64,000 nt of DNA, from positions 72,356,001 through 72,420,000 of the forward strand of contig NW_024704743.1 in NCBI RefSeq assembly GCF_018977255.1, read 5' to 3'. This DNA is from Callorhinchus milii (lineage: Eukaryota). Below, in pieces: positions 12,391 to 25,900 of this stretch (the stretch's first letter is position 1; each line of letters starts with the position of its first letter). The position numbers and the translations under genes are program-made. The notes beneath the pieces are model-generated. The model searched no databases and was not told the DNA's origin. It saw only the letters and a program-made list of their open reading frames with translations.

Positions 12391-13142
12391 TAGTTGTAAT
12401 ATTATAAATATGGCACTAAATTGCATCAAAATTGCTCTGGAGAATTAGCGCATAGATTTTTCACATCTGTAGCATATCTTGTAAAGGGACCTTTACTGTG
12501 CATGGAGGATTTAGTTGCATAGTTCAACTCTGTGCTTGCCATAACCCTAGATATATTGTCATATTTGGAGGAGAACTACAGATCACTTTTTTTTATAAAC
12601 AAGAGGTCTATTGAAACATAAGGAAAACAGCTACTTCACTTGTGCTGTGTTTATACCGATCAGCGTGAATGCATGTCACCAGCAGCAGGATAGTGATGTG
12701 AAGACTTTGTACGAACTTGCTGGTATAAATAGCTGTCTTGTTTGCCTTACAAAAAGCAGTCAATTACACTTGACAGTAATTACCGTGAAACACTTCACGA
12801 TGTTTTGACGTGATAAGGTGCAATCAAAATGCAAGTTCCTTCCTTCTTCAAATTCCAGTGTATTCACAGGTTTATATCAACAATAATAATTTACAATAAT
12901 ACACACTTTACAGTAAATCCTGTGAAATGCATTTGAAACATCCCCCGATGTGAAAAGCACTACTTCAAATGCAAGGATTATTATTTTCATTTCTATCTAT
13001 ATAGCGACTTTCATGTACAAATAAGTTCACTCAAGTAGTTTACAAAATATAATGATTAGATATGAAATAAATGTTGTATGTAAGCAAACGTATTGGTTAA
13101 TCTTCACCAAAAATGTCTCATAAACAATGTGATGAAAGTGGT

Positions 13143-13272
13143 GCTTCCCTTCAGGGAGAGTGGACATTCCATTCCAGACACAGGTAACTTTCAATATGTA
13201 GGTGGCCTACATCTGTGCAATCAGTCTGTTTTGAATCCTCTTAAGCACGTGTCAGACATCCAACTGACCATA
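13143..13272 (+). repeat. Family X terminal fragment (copy G)
   Basis: cattccattccagacac...atgtaggtgg...cttaagcacgtgtcagacatccaactgacc matches the end shared by the other copies. Confidence 0.7.
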
Positions 13273-13937
13273 ACGCTCAGAGCACTTTATCTTTACCTTT
13301 CACATCAGGAGAATGTCTCAATGCACTTTATAAGGATGGAGTGGGAGTCCAAGTTAGGAGGGAGATGATGAGTAGGGGGAGGTAGCCTCGGGTTAAAGTA
13401 CCTCCTGCCCATGATTTTGACTTTATATAAAAAAGAAAATTGATATGGTGAGATGGGGATTTAAAAGTGCTTGACAGGAAATAGGAAGTGTTACTCCCAC
13501 CTCTTGCCAGGAAATATCTTGTGATGCAAACTGTGTTTTCTCCTCTGTATGTCAAATCCGCACACAAAACTCCAAGGAGATCTGAGTTGGATACCCTATG
13601 AAAAGCTGCAGTGAAATATATTCTGTTATGATCAGAGAAAAGGCTGATTGGATGATCGAAAGGGATTGTGTTTTCTTATTTTAAAAATAAAATACCTTCT
13701 GATGCCAATCTGAGCATTTCAGGCCTAAGGGGCTAACTATGACCAACAGTGCTTTGGGTTCACAATTAGTTCCAGTTCAAAATGTCTCCAGCTGGGGGAG
13801 ACATTCAGTAGATTAACAGAATAATAAAATCTGTTTTTAGCATGTCCCTGCTCTTTCCAATCTGCTTTTTGCTTATTTCCTTCCATAAAACTCAACCGAT
13901 CCCATTACGTAATCTGAGTCACTCCTTGATTTTACAA

Positions 13938-14155
13938 TTATAACTTGCATTTATATAGTGTCCTGCATGCAGGATAACATCTCAGAGTATTTCACAAGAA
14001 GGGTGTCGGAAGCTGAGAAGGGATACGGGGGGAGGTGACTGTAGGCATAATAATAATAATAGTCAAAGAGGTAGATTTTGGGTGGGATTAAAAACAGTTG
14101 CGAGGCAATGGATGGGGGAGGGAGAAATAAGGTGTTCCAGAGGATGAGGACTAAC
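13938..14155 (-). mobile_element. Old L2 3' end
   Basis: aacttgcatttatatagtg tail and degenerate gtcaaagaggtagatttt L2 3' block. Confidence 0.5.
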
Positions 14156-14689
14156 ATTGGTCAATGTATTAGCTGCCGTTTCTATTTACTAGGAGTTTGT
14201 ACTAATTTTGTGATTTTTTTTTCTCTCCTAAACCAGCAACTATTGTGGTGAAAAGGAATTTCACTTTATTATCAAAGTGCAAAACTATAGAGAATCACTC
14301 AAAATATCTAATGTACAGGGCAGTGAAATAAATAATAGCACCTTCTTATGCAGACCGAGAATTTTAAATGTCAATCAGATCCGACAGGTGATAGAAGAAC
14401 AAAACCTGGATGAGGTATTCAATTCATCTGCATTTTGCTGTTTCTGATTTCTTTATATATTTTTTTGATTACTAATGCATTAAGAACAAAATAATTCCTG
14501 CTTTAACCAAGCTCTAGGTTGGAATCATTTGACCTTTGGAGGTACCACATCTATTCAAAGCAGAGGTGGAATGACTTTCATCTGCCTTCATGCAGTTGTC
14601 ATCTATAGCACTTCTGTCATCACAGACTCCAGAGTCCCTGCCATCACAGACTCCAGACTATAACTATAATTAAATGAAACATCTCTTCT

Positions 14690-14930
14690 GCACAATAGGC
14701 CCTAATCTCTCAATTTGTCCTCCCACTAACCTACCCCCACGCTCTGCAACTCCATCCAGGTTCAAGATCTGGCTCAAGACCTACCTTTCGGACTGCGCGT
14801 TGGTTATCGTTCAGTTCCCCACCCCTTCGACTTCCATCCCCAGCTTGCGTGCCAAGACAGTATTGGTACTTAACGACTTTGGGACGTCTTCCCTATGTGA
14901 AAGGCGAATAAATGTAAATTTGTCATTTGT
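14690..14930 (+). mobile_element. Old L2 3' end
   Basis: ttcaagatctggctcaagacctacctttcggac (FKIWLKTYL) and tttgggacgtcttccctatgtgaaaggcg stem-loop. Confidence 0.7.
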
Positions 14931-15344
14931 AGCTTACATTGTACTAACCACTTTAAAATAGGCTACTCTCCTATTTAAATCCTACAGCTATGAGAAGAGA
15001 CTTAGCAGTGTAAGGTCTATAATTGTGGTGCATGCATTGTGAAAAAGTTAGATGTTCTTAAGTAATTTTTGTAACTTTTTTTAACGCGGGAATGGTATCA
15101 CAGCCAAATTCCACCATATGAAAGAAGCCTGTGGAAGGGTCTTAATTTAGCAGAAAAATAGTATCCAATTATAAAGAAGTGTCTACAACATAGTGGTTAT
15201 TGACCACAGGAGATTATTTGGCCTCAGTAACATGCCTGGAGTATTTTAATGTAGATTTCAATAGAAAACATGGCATAAAGTTGAAGCTATGTGCTGGACT
15301 TTCAAATGAGGGGCCCACAATCTGAAAACGTTGATTCAAAGATT

Positions 15345-15625
15345 TACAAAGAATGTACAGCACAGAAAGAGATCATTTGGCCTAACCAGTCTGTGCTGGT
15401 GTTTATACTTCACATATTATTGGATTTAACCACCATTTCAGGCAGCGAGTTCTCACTACACTCTGTGTGAAGTATTTCCTCCTACATTGTCGTTTAGATC
15501 CCCAAGTTACTATCTGTGCTAGTGTTCCCTGGTTACAGATTCCCCAACCAGTGGGAAAAGCCTATGTTAACCTTTTTATAAATTTAAACACCTCAGTTAG
15601 ATCCTCCTTTAAACTTCCCTTTTCG
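15345..15625 (-). mobile_element. Old CR1 3' fragment
   Basis: tacagcacagaaagagatcatttggcct tail (reverse-complement hairpin) and gtgtgaagtatttcctcc / cccctggtt blocks. Confidence 0.55.
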
Positions 15626-16989
15626 GATTCTGGGAGGAGGCTCAAATAATCCCAGCAGAGAAAGTCATGGGGCTTCAATCATGCCTTGTTGGCATGATGT
15701 TGATATTGGTATGGTCAGAAGAGAAGTACAGAAGGCAATAACCAGATAGGTGCCTGTGGCCACACCTAGAGGCACAAAGGTATTTTTTTCAGCCAAAGCT
15801 CTCTCGTACTGAAGCCACCACACATGTCCATTCTCTCTGGCAGAATATTGACAATCTCTCCTAACAGTGTTATTAGCTTCTCCTCAGAACAATGCTCAAG
15901 GTTTTCCCAGATGGACACATTAAGCTCCATCAATCAATATCCTAAGATTACCCTGTTAGACAAACAGAATAAATACTCTGGGTTTCTCTGAACAGTTGCC
16001 CAAATCGATGCTCTATGTGCTCCTGGTATTTTCTCACAGATCAATCAAGCTCCTCAGCTACTTATTTGAGCAGAGGGTCCAGCAATGATAGACTCTCTAG
16101 ACTTCACTTTATGCAGTCTAATTTGCAGCATGTTTTAACAAATTCCTTCACTGTTAAATTAGGAATCATGCTGGAATTCCTGATGACAATTTGGAGCTTG
16201 GCATCTGAAATACATCATGTTGAAATGGTGTTCCCATGGGTTGGTGTGGTGTATGTAGTGTTACTGGAAGGCTTGGAATCCCATTTGGATTGCAAATCAG
16301 CTGCTGTATTCACTACAAGATTAGTCACTACACTTTACAATGAATTCTGTGAAGCACTTTGAGATATTTTCCTGACGTGAAAGGTGCTGTTATTATTATT
16401 TTAAGATTCTACCCCTTGTGAAAGATGCTACATAAATGCAAGTTGTTGCTGTTGTTAGGTTTACAATTTAATTCAGAGGCAATGGGATGGCTCACTTGGG
16501 ATATGAAAAAATTAATTTGGCAGTTTAGTTGCAATTAATGCTCAGTTGCAAAACAGATATCACTATCAGAGCGGCAACACCTGGTTTATGAATACTATAT
16601 TTTCAACTCCATGAATGTTCTGAAGGCATGAGATTGGATGGGCCTTCTTCCTTCAGACCAATCTTGTTATCTTGTGAGATGTTTTGATGAACAACAATAA
16701 CAGCAATAACTTTTATTTTATATAACATTTATTTAGCGCCCCTCACGCAGTGAAGCATCCCAGAGCGTTTGAAAACAAAACACTCCTTCAAGGTGACATG
16801 GGAAATAGACAAGACACAAAATATTCCTTTAAGGCGACATGGCTGATCAAAGTAACAAATTGCATCCTCTCTCTCTGTGACCAGGACTCCCTCTGCCTCC
16901 TCCTCCACAGTTGACCACATCATCCTCCTCTACCGCCTCTCCTCCCTCATTCACCTTAGTGGGACCACACTTGCATGGTTCGAATCAGG

Positions 16990-17502
16990 ACCACATTGAG
17001 ACTTTGCACTTAAATCGTCTAGACTGACACTCAAATGCAACGCTGTGATGCCCTGCAGTGCTGGAGATACCGTCCTTCAGATAAGTTAAACCAAGGACCT
17101 GTCTGCTGTTCAGGTGGACATTAAAGACTAAAAAGAGAAGGGAGTTCTTTCTGAGTCCTCCAGATAAATTGATTATTTACGTCATGGCTGTGTGTAGGAC
17201 ATTGCTGTGCTAAAATTAATTGCTGCATTTGCCTCCCAATACCCAGTCACTACATGAACAAAAGACAAAATACTGCAGATGCTGGAAATCTGAAACAAAA
17301 ACAGAGAGAGCTGGGAAGGGTCGTGGACCTGAAAAATTAACTCACTTTCCTTTCTCCATAGATGCTGCCAGACCTGCAAAGTGTTCCCAGCTTTCTCTGT
17401 TTTTGTACACAGTCACTACACTTTACAATGAATCTTGTGAAGGTTGATAGACATTTTTATGAAGTGATAAGGTACTATAAGAAATGCAAGGATTATTATT
17501 AT
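16990..17502 (+). mobile_element. DeuSINE interrupted by a Penelope-like insert
   Basis: ttcaggtggacattaaagac and ggctgtgtgtaggacattgctgtgc Deu blocks; tail gaaatgcaaggattattatt. Confidence 0.8.
17255..17405. mobile_element. Penelope-like pseudo-LTR fragment in inverted configuration
   Basis: 23-bp inverted repeat acaaaaacagagagagctgggaa / ttcccagctttctctgtttttgt (1 mismatch); interior similar to 46693-46796; 15-bp TSD tacccagtcactaca / tacacagtcactaca. Confidence 0.7.
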
Positions 17503-17974
17503 TTCTTAGGATGCTTCACTTATTTTTAACAAACTGCAAATCTTGGGATACAACTAAGTTTTTGACTCTTACACCAGTGTGACCAATTTATTGAATTTTA
17601 TGGTCGTCAGAAAGAAACAGTTGGAAGAATAATTTATGTTTGTTTGTCAGAACAGTGGTAAAGGTATGGTGGAAAACAATTGTGCTGAAGTGAGGAATAC
17701 AAAGATTTGTCTTCACAAGCAGAACTCGCTGTTTGAAAGATGAAAACAATACAAGCTCCACTAAACCTGTCAAGAACCTCTGCTTGGAGAGCTGTGGGAA
17801 AGTGCATAGGATCTGATTTATGGTCACTTCTGTTATTTTACTATCACTGCCCACCATTGTCTGTTTTATTTGCTAACATCGCCATTCTTTTCAGCCAGAT
17901 TCCCATAAAAAAATTCTGATTATTATTCTTTTGAGATCTGCAGTATTTGTAAAGGGAAACATAATGGTTCCCAG

Positions 17975-18160
17975 GTCAATCCATGACGGTTGTGGGATAC
18001 TGCTGTGCACAATTGGCTGCTGCATTTCGCACACACAATATACAGTCAATTATCTTTACAATATATTCTGAGAAGCGCTTTGAGACATCTTGAAGATGTG
18101 ATAAGGTGCTATATCAAGGATTATTATGATGATGATAATGATTACTATTATTATCATCAT
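17975..18160 (+). mobile_element. 5'-truncated tRNA-Deu SINE
   Basis: gtgggatactgctgtgcacaattggctgc...gaagcgctttgagacatcttgaagatgtgataagg followed by a (TAT/GAT)n tail. Confidence 0.85.
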
Positions 18161-18899
18161 ACAATTAATATGATCCAGCCAGTCTGAGAATAACCTATGC
18201 TGTGTTTTTCTGTCTGCATCTTTGTGCACTGATATTTATTGTGACTTTTAGATCATTGTGGCTTATTATGAATTTGGGTTTAAAGTTTCCAGTAATGTTT
18301 ACATCAAACAGTATTATGAAGCTATTCTTTTTATCAGTGTATTGTGTGCCCATGGTGATTTTTCTATGAATGGGTTCAGAGCTCTAATAACCAGTTTCCA
18401 TGTGTTTGGCTATAAGAAACAAAGGTACAGTATTTCAAAGTCTAATGCAATACCTGTGAATACAAGCTATAAAATGCAACCCTCTTCCTACAGCTGCAAT
18501 TGAGAACCAGACAGGGTTCCTTTACTAAAGAAAGGGAGTGAAAATTTGCACAGATGCAGTACCTATTAGGATTTGCACACCATTTATAGATCCCCCCCAA
18601 AGGGATAACCTAAACTGAATTTAATCACCCAGAGTATATACAAAAGTTTCCCTCAGTTATTTCACGGACCAGGAGGTATTAAATTACCTTCCCAATGTAT
18701 ATCCTACCTTTTGATTAACAGGTGATTAATAGCTGAGAGCTACAGGAAATATAAATCAGATGTTTATACTAGCCTGGTACTAATATCCTGTACCACAGCT
18801 CCACACAAAACCAGCAGTGTAGTGCTGTGCTGAGCACTTTTTTTCCCAGCGAGAGCATTATAGTTTTACCCTAGTATGTTTATACATGAAAATATAAAT

Positions 18900-19300
18900 A
18901 GTGATAGATTATTTCCATTGGTCAGCAAGTCAGCAACAAGAGGGCACAGATTGCAGATAATCACAAAAGGATCAAAGAGGAAGTTAGAAATAAATGTTTG
19001 ACATAGAGGGAGGATAGATTGCGGCATTCTTTGCCTCACAACATTGTTGAGACAGAGGCTATATTTCTTTTAAAACAAAGCTAGATAGATGGATGTTTAA
19101 TTAAAGAGGAATTTTAAAGGAGTAACTTTGCAGTGGATCTTGTGAAATGCCGTGAGACGTCCTTCTGATTTGAAAGGCTTTATGTCATATGCAAGTTGTT
19201 TTTTTAATATATATTTTTTTAATTATTCTAGGTGGATAAAACACCAGCACTGATGTAATGGGACATATGCCCATTTGGGCATGTTTCTATGTTTCCATGC
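18900..19300 (+). mobile_element. Old CR1 3' end with an embedded SINE tail
   Basis: RLFPLVSKSATRGH-like motif and tttctatgtttccatg terminus. Confidence 0.6.
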
Positions 19301-20749
19301 TCTAAAATTCAAAGATTCTAGATACTATACTATGATGATAAAGTAACTGCTGAAGTATTTCTTATTTGCGTGAGACGAGAATTTGAGCCATGGTTCAGTA
19401 GCATTTTTCTAAGCTTTAAAACCAGCACAAATAACCGAAGAAGGGAAGAGGAATCCAAGAAATGAAGCCAAGGAGATTGCACAAGACGTACTTAAAACTG
19501 TCTGATAATAAAAAACAGACTTGAAAATAATTTATAAATAATACATAAAGCAAAGAATTCTGTTATGTAACAACAGAAAAAAAGTTAGCATTTTCCAAAC
19601 AGCACACATGTTGTTTTGGGAAGAAATAGAACTGTTTTTAAGTGTGAAACGTGATCGAGGTTTGACCATTTATGCCAAACTCAAGGCTAGGGAGCAGATT
19701 GTCAATGGGAATTTGATCAGATCAAATGGATTTCTCACACTGTCAGAAGTAGACCAAAATATTTCACGAATGATCCAAATGAACAAGATCTACAAGACCA
19801 CTACTGCAATAAACATGTAAAGCTAACAACAAGATTTATAATCCTTGCATTTGATATAGTGTCTTATCTTGTTGAGACATCTCAAAGTACTTAACAGAAG
19901 ATAATGTAAAGTGGATTGACTGTGTATTTTGTGATCGAAATGCTTTCAACCCCATAGATGGCATCTTTGGTAGGTAAAAACAATAAAGGTTGCAAATTCC
20001 ACAAAACTTACATTAAAATAATCCAATTGAGAATCCTTTGGGATGTCCTCCCAATGTGAAAGGCACTGTACAAATGTAATCTTGTTGTTGTTGTTGTTCA
20101 CATGGCAGCCAGGGAGGTGTGTGAAAATACAACAGCATGAAGTTTAACAGATACAAGTTAATCATGTCATGACTTTAAAAAAAATGTTTGTGCTTAAATA
20201 CCTGAACATCAGTTTCTTAAAAAGCAACTTCACTGTTTGATTATCTTTATTGAAATGAATTTCTGAAGTTTATTGTTTGTTTTCAATGTATCACTAAATT
20301 TGGTTGGATTTGATGGAGTGGCTGATCTGTGAAGGGAAGCTGGACATTGTTGTAAAGTGGAAATAAGGAGATGAGTAAAAATTCCATTCAGAGTGACACA
20401 TATTGCCTTTGGTAGTTACATTCACAAAGGTGCTAATAATAACACTGAATTGGATTTTTACCCCATAATATGAAAACTGTCATATTCCTGCGATAAAAGC
20501 ATTCTGACTTTGATTATCACTTGGGATAAATAAAATAAGGTTTATCTACTGGAAAATGTCCTTAATGACTGCTTTGGAATTGAATGCTCTATTTCTTGGG
20601 AAACTATTTTTTCCCTCCAGTCCTTTCAGGATTGAAATGCCGCTTTCTTATCTATTTGTTTATATTTTATTTCTATATTTTTTCTATTTGTTATAGTGAA
20701 AAAAATCTAATTAGGTGTGGAACTTTACATTTTTACCTTTTACAATGAT

Positions 20750-22790
20750 TATCTCTACTCGCGACCGCAATCTTATCAATGTTCTGACTGCCAGCTTGTC
20801 TGACATCAAGCCCTGGAGGAGCATCAACTTTCTACAGCTGAACATGGAAAAGACAGAATCCAACCTCTTTGGTTCCCATCAATGTCTTCTCACCTGCGGT
20901 TCTGAACTCCTTAACCTTTGCTGCCTATCCCTTCATTCGGGTTTCCGTGCTGCCTATAGCACAGAAACTGCCCTGGTCAAGGTCACCAATGACATCCTGA
21001 CCATCTGTGACCAGGGCTCCCTCTGCCTCCTCGTCCTCCTCGACCTATCGGCAGCATTCAATACGGTCGACCACGCTATCCTCCTCCACCGCTTGTCCTC
21101 CCACCTAAACCTTCAAGGCCCTGTCCTTGAGTGGTTTAGGTCGTACCTCTCCCACCGTCTTCACTTTGTCTCCACAAATGGTTTTTCCTCCACCCCCGCA
21201 CTGTCTAGTGCGGTGTCCCTCAGGGCTCTGTCCTCGGTCCCCTCCTCTTCACCCTCTATATGCTCCCCCTCGGTGACATCATCCGCAGACATGGGGTTAA
21301 CTTCCACATGTATGCGGATGACACCCAACTCTACCTTTCCTCCTCTACCCTCAACTCCACGACCACCGATGTCCTGACAGCCTGCCTGTCTGACATCAAG
21401 TCCTGGATGAGAGACAACTTTCTCCAGCTCAACGTGCGTAAAACTGAGGCCCTCCTGATTGGCTCACGTCAGCGCCTCCGCACCTCAGGCGCTGACAGCA
21501 TCAGCATCCAAGGCTGCACTCTCCACCTCTCAAAGCAGTCAGGAACCTCGGGGTTCTGTTTGACCCTGAGCTGTCCTTTCTCCCTCACATCCGCACCACA
21601 ACTGGCACCGCCTTCCATCACCTCCGGAACATCGCCAGACTACGGCACTACCTCACCCCTCACGCTGCTGAAACTCTGGTCCACACCTTTATCACCTCAA
21701 GGCTGGACTATGGGAACTCTCTCCTCGCCGGCCTTCCCGCCACCTCCCTCCACAAGCTGCAGGTCATTCAGAACTCTGCAGCTCGTGTACTGTCCCGCAC
21801 CAGGCTTCGCGACCACATCACTCCCACCCTCGCTCGCCTCCACTGGCTCCCCATCCCCCAGAGGATCGAATTCAAGATCCTCATCCTCACCTACAAGGCC
21901 ATTCACGGCCTTGCTCCCTCCTACCTCTCCGACCTGCTATCCCCCTACTTACCTGCCCGTACCCTCCGTTCCTCTGGCTACGGTCTGCTCCACATCTCCC
22001 GCCCCAACCGCCCTACCATCGGTGGCCGGGCCTTCAGCCTCTCAGCCCCTAGGCTCTGGAACTCTATCCCCCAGTGCCTTCGCCGCCTCCTCCCTTTCCT
22101 CCTTCAAGGCCGGTCTCAAGACGTTTCTCTTTGACCGTGCCTTCACCTCCCCTCTCGACTCTCTACCCCCTCCTCGCTCCCTTCCTTCCCTCCCCTCACA
22201 CTGACCATTTCCCCCTTGTTCGGGTCCTGATCCAACTGTACAGCGCCTTGGGACGTCCTCCCGACGTGAAAGGCGCTCAATAAATGGAATCTTGTTGTTG
22301 TTGTTGTTGTTGTATCCCTCAGACTCACCGAACCTGTACACAACCTAGGCATCAGATTCAATCCCCAGTTATCCTTCCTATCCCACATCTGGTCCCTGAT
22401 CAGGACTGTCTTTTTCAATCTCGTCAACATTGCTTGCCTTTGCTCCTATTTTCAATCATGACTGAAACCCTCATTCGTTCTTTTGTCCCCTCCTGCCTCG
22501 ATTTTCCCAATGCACTCCTCACTAGTCTCCCCAGTTGCACTGTAAACAAGGACCAAATGATACAAAACTCTGCCCTTACTCACACCAGCCTCCACACTCA
22601 GCTCTTGCTAGGCTCCACTGGCTTCCTGTTGCAAAACAGATCGATTTCAAGATCCTGATTGTCACTTGCAAATTACTTCATGCCCTGGCATCTCCCTACC
22701 TCCTGAGATCCTCACACCTCACTCCACTACGTGTCACCTTCGCTCAGCTGGCTCAGGTCTTCTGCATATTTAATTTTCTTCTAAAGCAAC
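20750..22790 (+). mobile_element. Older L2 RT fragment split by a younger L2
   Basis: LSDIKPW..NFLQLNMEKTE before 20932 continues after 22313 into NLGI.F, ETLIRSFV and LHWLPVAKQIDFKIL motifs. Confidence 0.8.
20933..22312 (+). mobile_element. Young 5'-truncated L2 (RT to 3' tail)
   Basis: Nearly clean RT (SGFRAAYSTETAL...YADDTQLY) with about 3 frameshifts; intact 3' hairpin; (TTG)n tail; 7-bp TSD tatccct at 20926-20932 and 22313-22319. Confidence 0.95.
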
Positions 22791-23401
22791 CTATATACTC
22801 TGCCTGAGGAACAGTTTACTAGCTATCCATTTTTGCTAAGCAAACTATTTTTATGACTTCCCCTGTAATTTCGTTTCCGAATTATTTTATCTTCACTCAT
22901 CTGCTGGGAATGCAAACCATCAAAAAAAATCTTGAGTTCATTGTGGGAAGGGTATGACTGTGATTGTGATGTATGGGATCTTTCATACAAGTAATAGAAG
23001 GTTTAGTCTACGTCAATCTTTCCATATGAAATTGTAGGCTTTTATTTTAACCGTGTTTTACTTAATTATTACCCAGGAGTTTCTCTTGCTCATTTCCTCG
23101 ATTTAGATATCAATATTTCTTTTAAATGTATTAGCTGAGCACACTAATGATTAGCAAATCCACTTTGGCTACAAATTGGAAGGGACTTTTATACACAAGT
23201 ATACCATATTGTACTTTCTTATCTGGTGTAGTTGTATTCGTACTGTATAATTTGCTTGGCTATTTTTCATATAGGCTATTTATGAATGACATGCAGCACA
23301 TTGAGGAGGCCAAAGCCTCAGGTTGACATGGGAGCTGGGCCCTGCATCAGCATAGAAACTGGAGCCTGAGTTAATTTGGGACCAGGGGCCATGAGTTATT
23401 C

Positions 23402-23955
23402 TTTTTGGCAGCCAGTGTCTGACATGCACAAAGCCCATCACTATACATAAGATTTTTAAATCAGACTGAGAGTTCCACATATGTATGCCACCTATACATG
23501 GAAGTTTCTCATGTTTGGAGTGGAATGCATCCTCTTTCTGAAGGGACACTTAATGCCATGCCATAATTCCTGCTTACTTAATGCCATAGAATGTTAGGTG
23601 CAGGTTGGCAAGAACTAAGGCTTGGAGACCTCAGAGGAAGAATTGGGGTACTGCTGGAGTCTAACCAGCTAAAATTGCATAGCTGTCATTGCGAGCACTG
23701 TTTGGCTAATTTTCTGCTGCTTGTCCAGCTAAAATCAGCCTACCCTTTAAGGCTTTGACTTGCAGGATTAATAGGTGGTCAGTGGGAAGAGACCCTGACT
23801 CCAGTTACTGTCCTGCTCCTCCAAGTCCTGCTGATGAACCAGGCTGGCTGGACCGTCATCAGCAGTGCCCTGAAATATTGAAGACCCGCCTGACTCAGGA
23901 ACTAGATTACCAAGACTGACAGAAAGTGTTGACTCAATTCCGACCTTCCATTGTC
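23402..23955 (-). repeat. Family X, copy D
   Basis: Reverse complement colinear with 2340-2887 and 55570-56447, including the ctgctgatga...tcatcagcag hairpin. Confidence 0.82.
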
Positions 23956-25179
23956 AAGCAGTCAGCTTGGAACCAGCTCAGCCCCAAGAAAACGCTACTT
24001 GTCTCCCTCAAACAATGGTAGTCAACTAGGTTAACAAGGATTCTGGGCCCAGAGTTCACATGAAGGGCACTATATTAAAAATAAGTTATAGTTAGATTGA
24101 AAATGATCTATCTACGGCGATTGATCTTGAGTTCATTTTTTGATTACCTTTAAGAGATCAGACAATATCTATAATGTTTCTCCTCGGAGATAGTGGCTGA
24201 GATGAAGAACATCATAAGAATAGGTTTTGGTTGTCTTTGGAACACTGGGATGATTGATGCCTATTGAGGTCAAGTTTGAAAAGTGAAGATGTGGGAATGA
24301 AAGTATGTTGTAGTTTGCCTTAGGGAATATCTACATGGAGCTTTCTTCCAGGAAACAGAGTGGATGGGGTGAAGTCTATGACAGGGAAATTCTGCGTGTC
24401 TATGGAAGGAGCAAGCTTGATAGCCTGAATAGCCCCTTCCATTCTGTGGTTATATTTTCCAGGAATTGTGACTGTTTCACATTGAAGTTATAACAAAAGT
24501 ACAAACTGCTACAAATGTTGTACTATTACAGATCTGCAAGAAATGTCCATCCATTTGCAGACTTGTGCCCAAACATTCATAAGCAGCTTGCAAAATGCCC
24601 GTGACTGTTTCCGAATCACTGCCACCAGGGAGTGTGAACGACTTTGAAGAATGTGACAATATTTCTAAGCAATAAAACCACACACCATCTACTGGGAACA
24701 TGATCATTAAATTATGAAATGCCACTCACATTTTCAATTTGAAAGACTGTGATGTGAGGATAACTTATTTCATTCTACAGTGTATTTTACTTTAATATAC
24801 GCACAGTTCTGGTACTGAATGTATGTTTTCACTTCATAACATTTATGTTTGCAACACTGTGTAGATATTGCAGGAGGAGATTTCAATAAATGATGGATGT
24901 GTCTGGAGAATGAATTACATAAGTTTTACAGCTGTTGCTCATATTGGTGACCAGAGAGGTCTACTCCCTTCCAGATATTTAAAACAAACTTAAAACAGTT
25001 GCAAACGTCTACGATTTATAGGAATAAACAACAGATGGGAAGAAGGTTGGACTGATTCGCAGCTGGCAACCTGACATATTGAGGCCCGATTCACTCATTG
25101 TTCATACTGGCCTATTGAACTCTTGTTTCGATTGCTTCAACAGTACTACTATAATAAGCGGTTAAACAAGTAAATGGAG

Positions 25180-25355
25180 AATGGAGGTGCTAGGAGATTT
25201 TTTTTGCTGCACAGACTGGTTAGGATGTGGAATGCCCTGCTGGGAGTGGTGCTTGAGGCAGAATCCATATTATCGTTAATTCCATAAATATCTATAAAGG
25301 AGCAAAACACAAGAATATGGGGAAAGGGCTGGTAAATAGGACTGAAAGGAGTGCT
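25180..25355 (+). mobile_element. Old CR1 3' fragment
   Basis: ggttaggatgtggaatgccctgc (VRMWNAL) and gaatatggggaaagggctgg blocks. Confidence 0.6.
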
Positions 25356-25356
25356 A

Positions 25357-25900
25357 TTTTTTTTAATTTAGTCAGCCAGGTGTCTGACACATGCAGATCC
25401 ATCACCATGCTTAAAAGTGTTCAAACCAAACTGAGAATTCCATGCATCCGATCTACACATGTCCCTTGGAATATGACGGACCCGCCTGGCACAGGAACGG
25501 GACTACCGAGACTGCCACAGAGGGCTGGCTCAATTCCAACATTCTGTTGTCGAAAATGTCACCATGGAGGTAGTTCAGCTACAAGGAGACCTTGCTTACC
25601 TCCCCCCAAGGAGGATAGTCACCAGTTGGTCATTTGACATCCGACAAGCGAAGGTTTGAGCTTCACTAGGTGGATTGTAGGTATCAGGAACTCCCTACGA
25701 GCTTCCTGGTGGGCAACACAACTCAGCATGAAATTCGTAAGAGCATTGCCAACATCTTCCTGTCCATAGCTCGGACACGCATCCCTTCCCATTGAGCGAT
25801 GGTTCCACCAGTTGGAGTTGCAGAGTTTAAGCAGCAGCTGCTTAACTCTCTGCAGGCCATTGCTGTCAAATGGCCTTCTTCTAAGGTGTATTTTTCCATT
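25357..25900 (-). repeat. Family X, copy C (internally deleted; extends furthest from the tail)
   Basis: Shared end tttttaatttagtcagccaggtgtctgacacatgc; 25470-25640 aligns with 2340-2420 and 55570-55720. The 25640-25900 part is seen only in this copy, so its assignment is less certain. Confidence 0.78.

Noticed and set aside
21260..22204. Longest ORF (314 aa)
   Set aside because: L2 RT frame that slips out of frame after about 90 codons; not a host gene.
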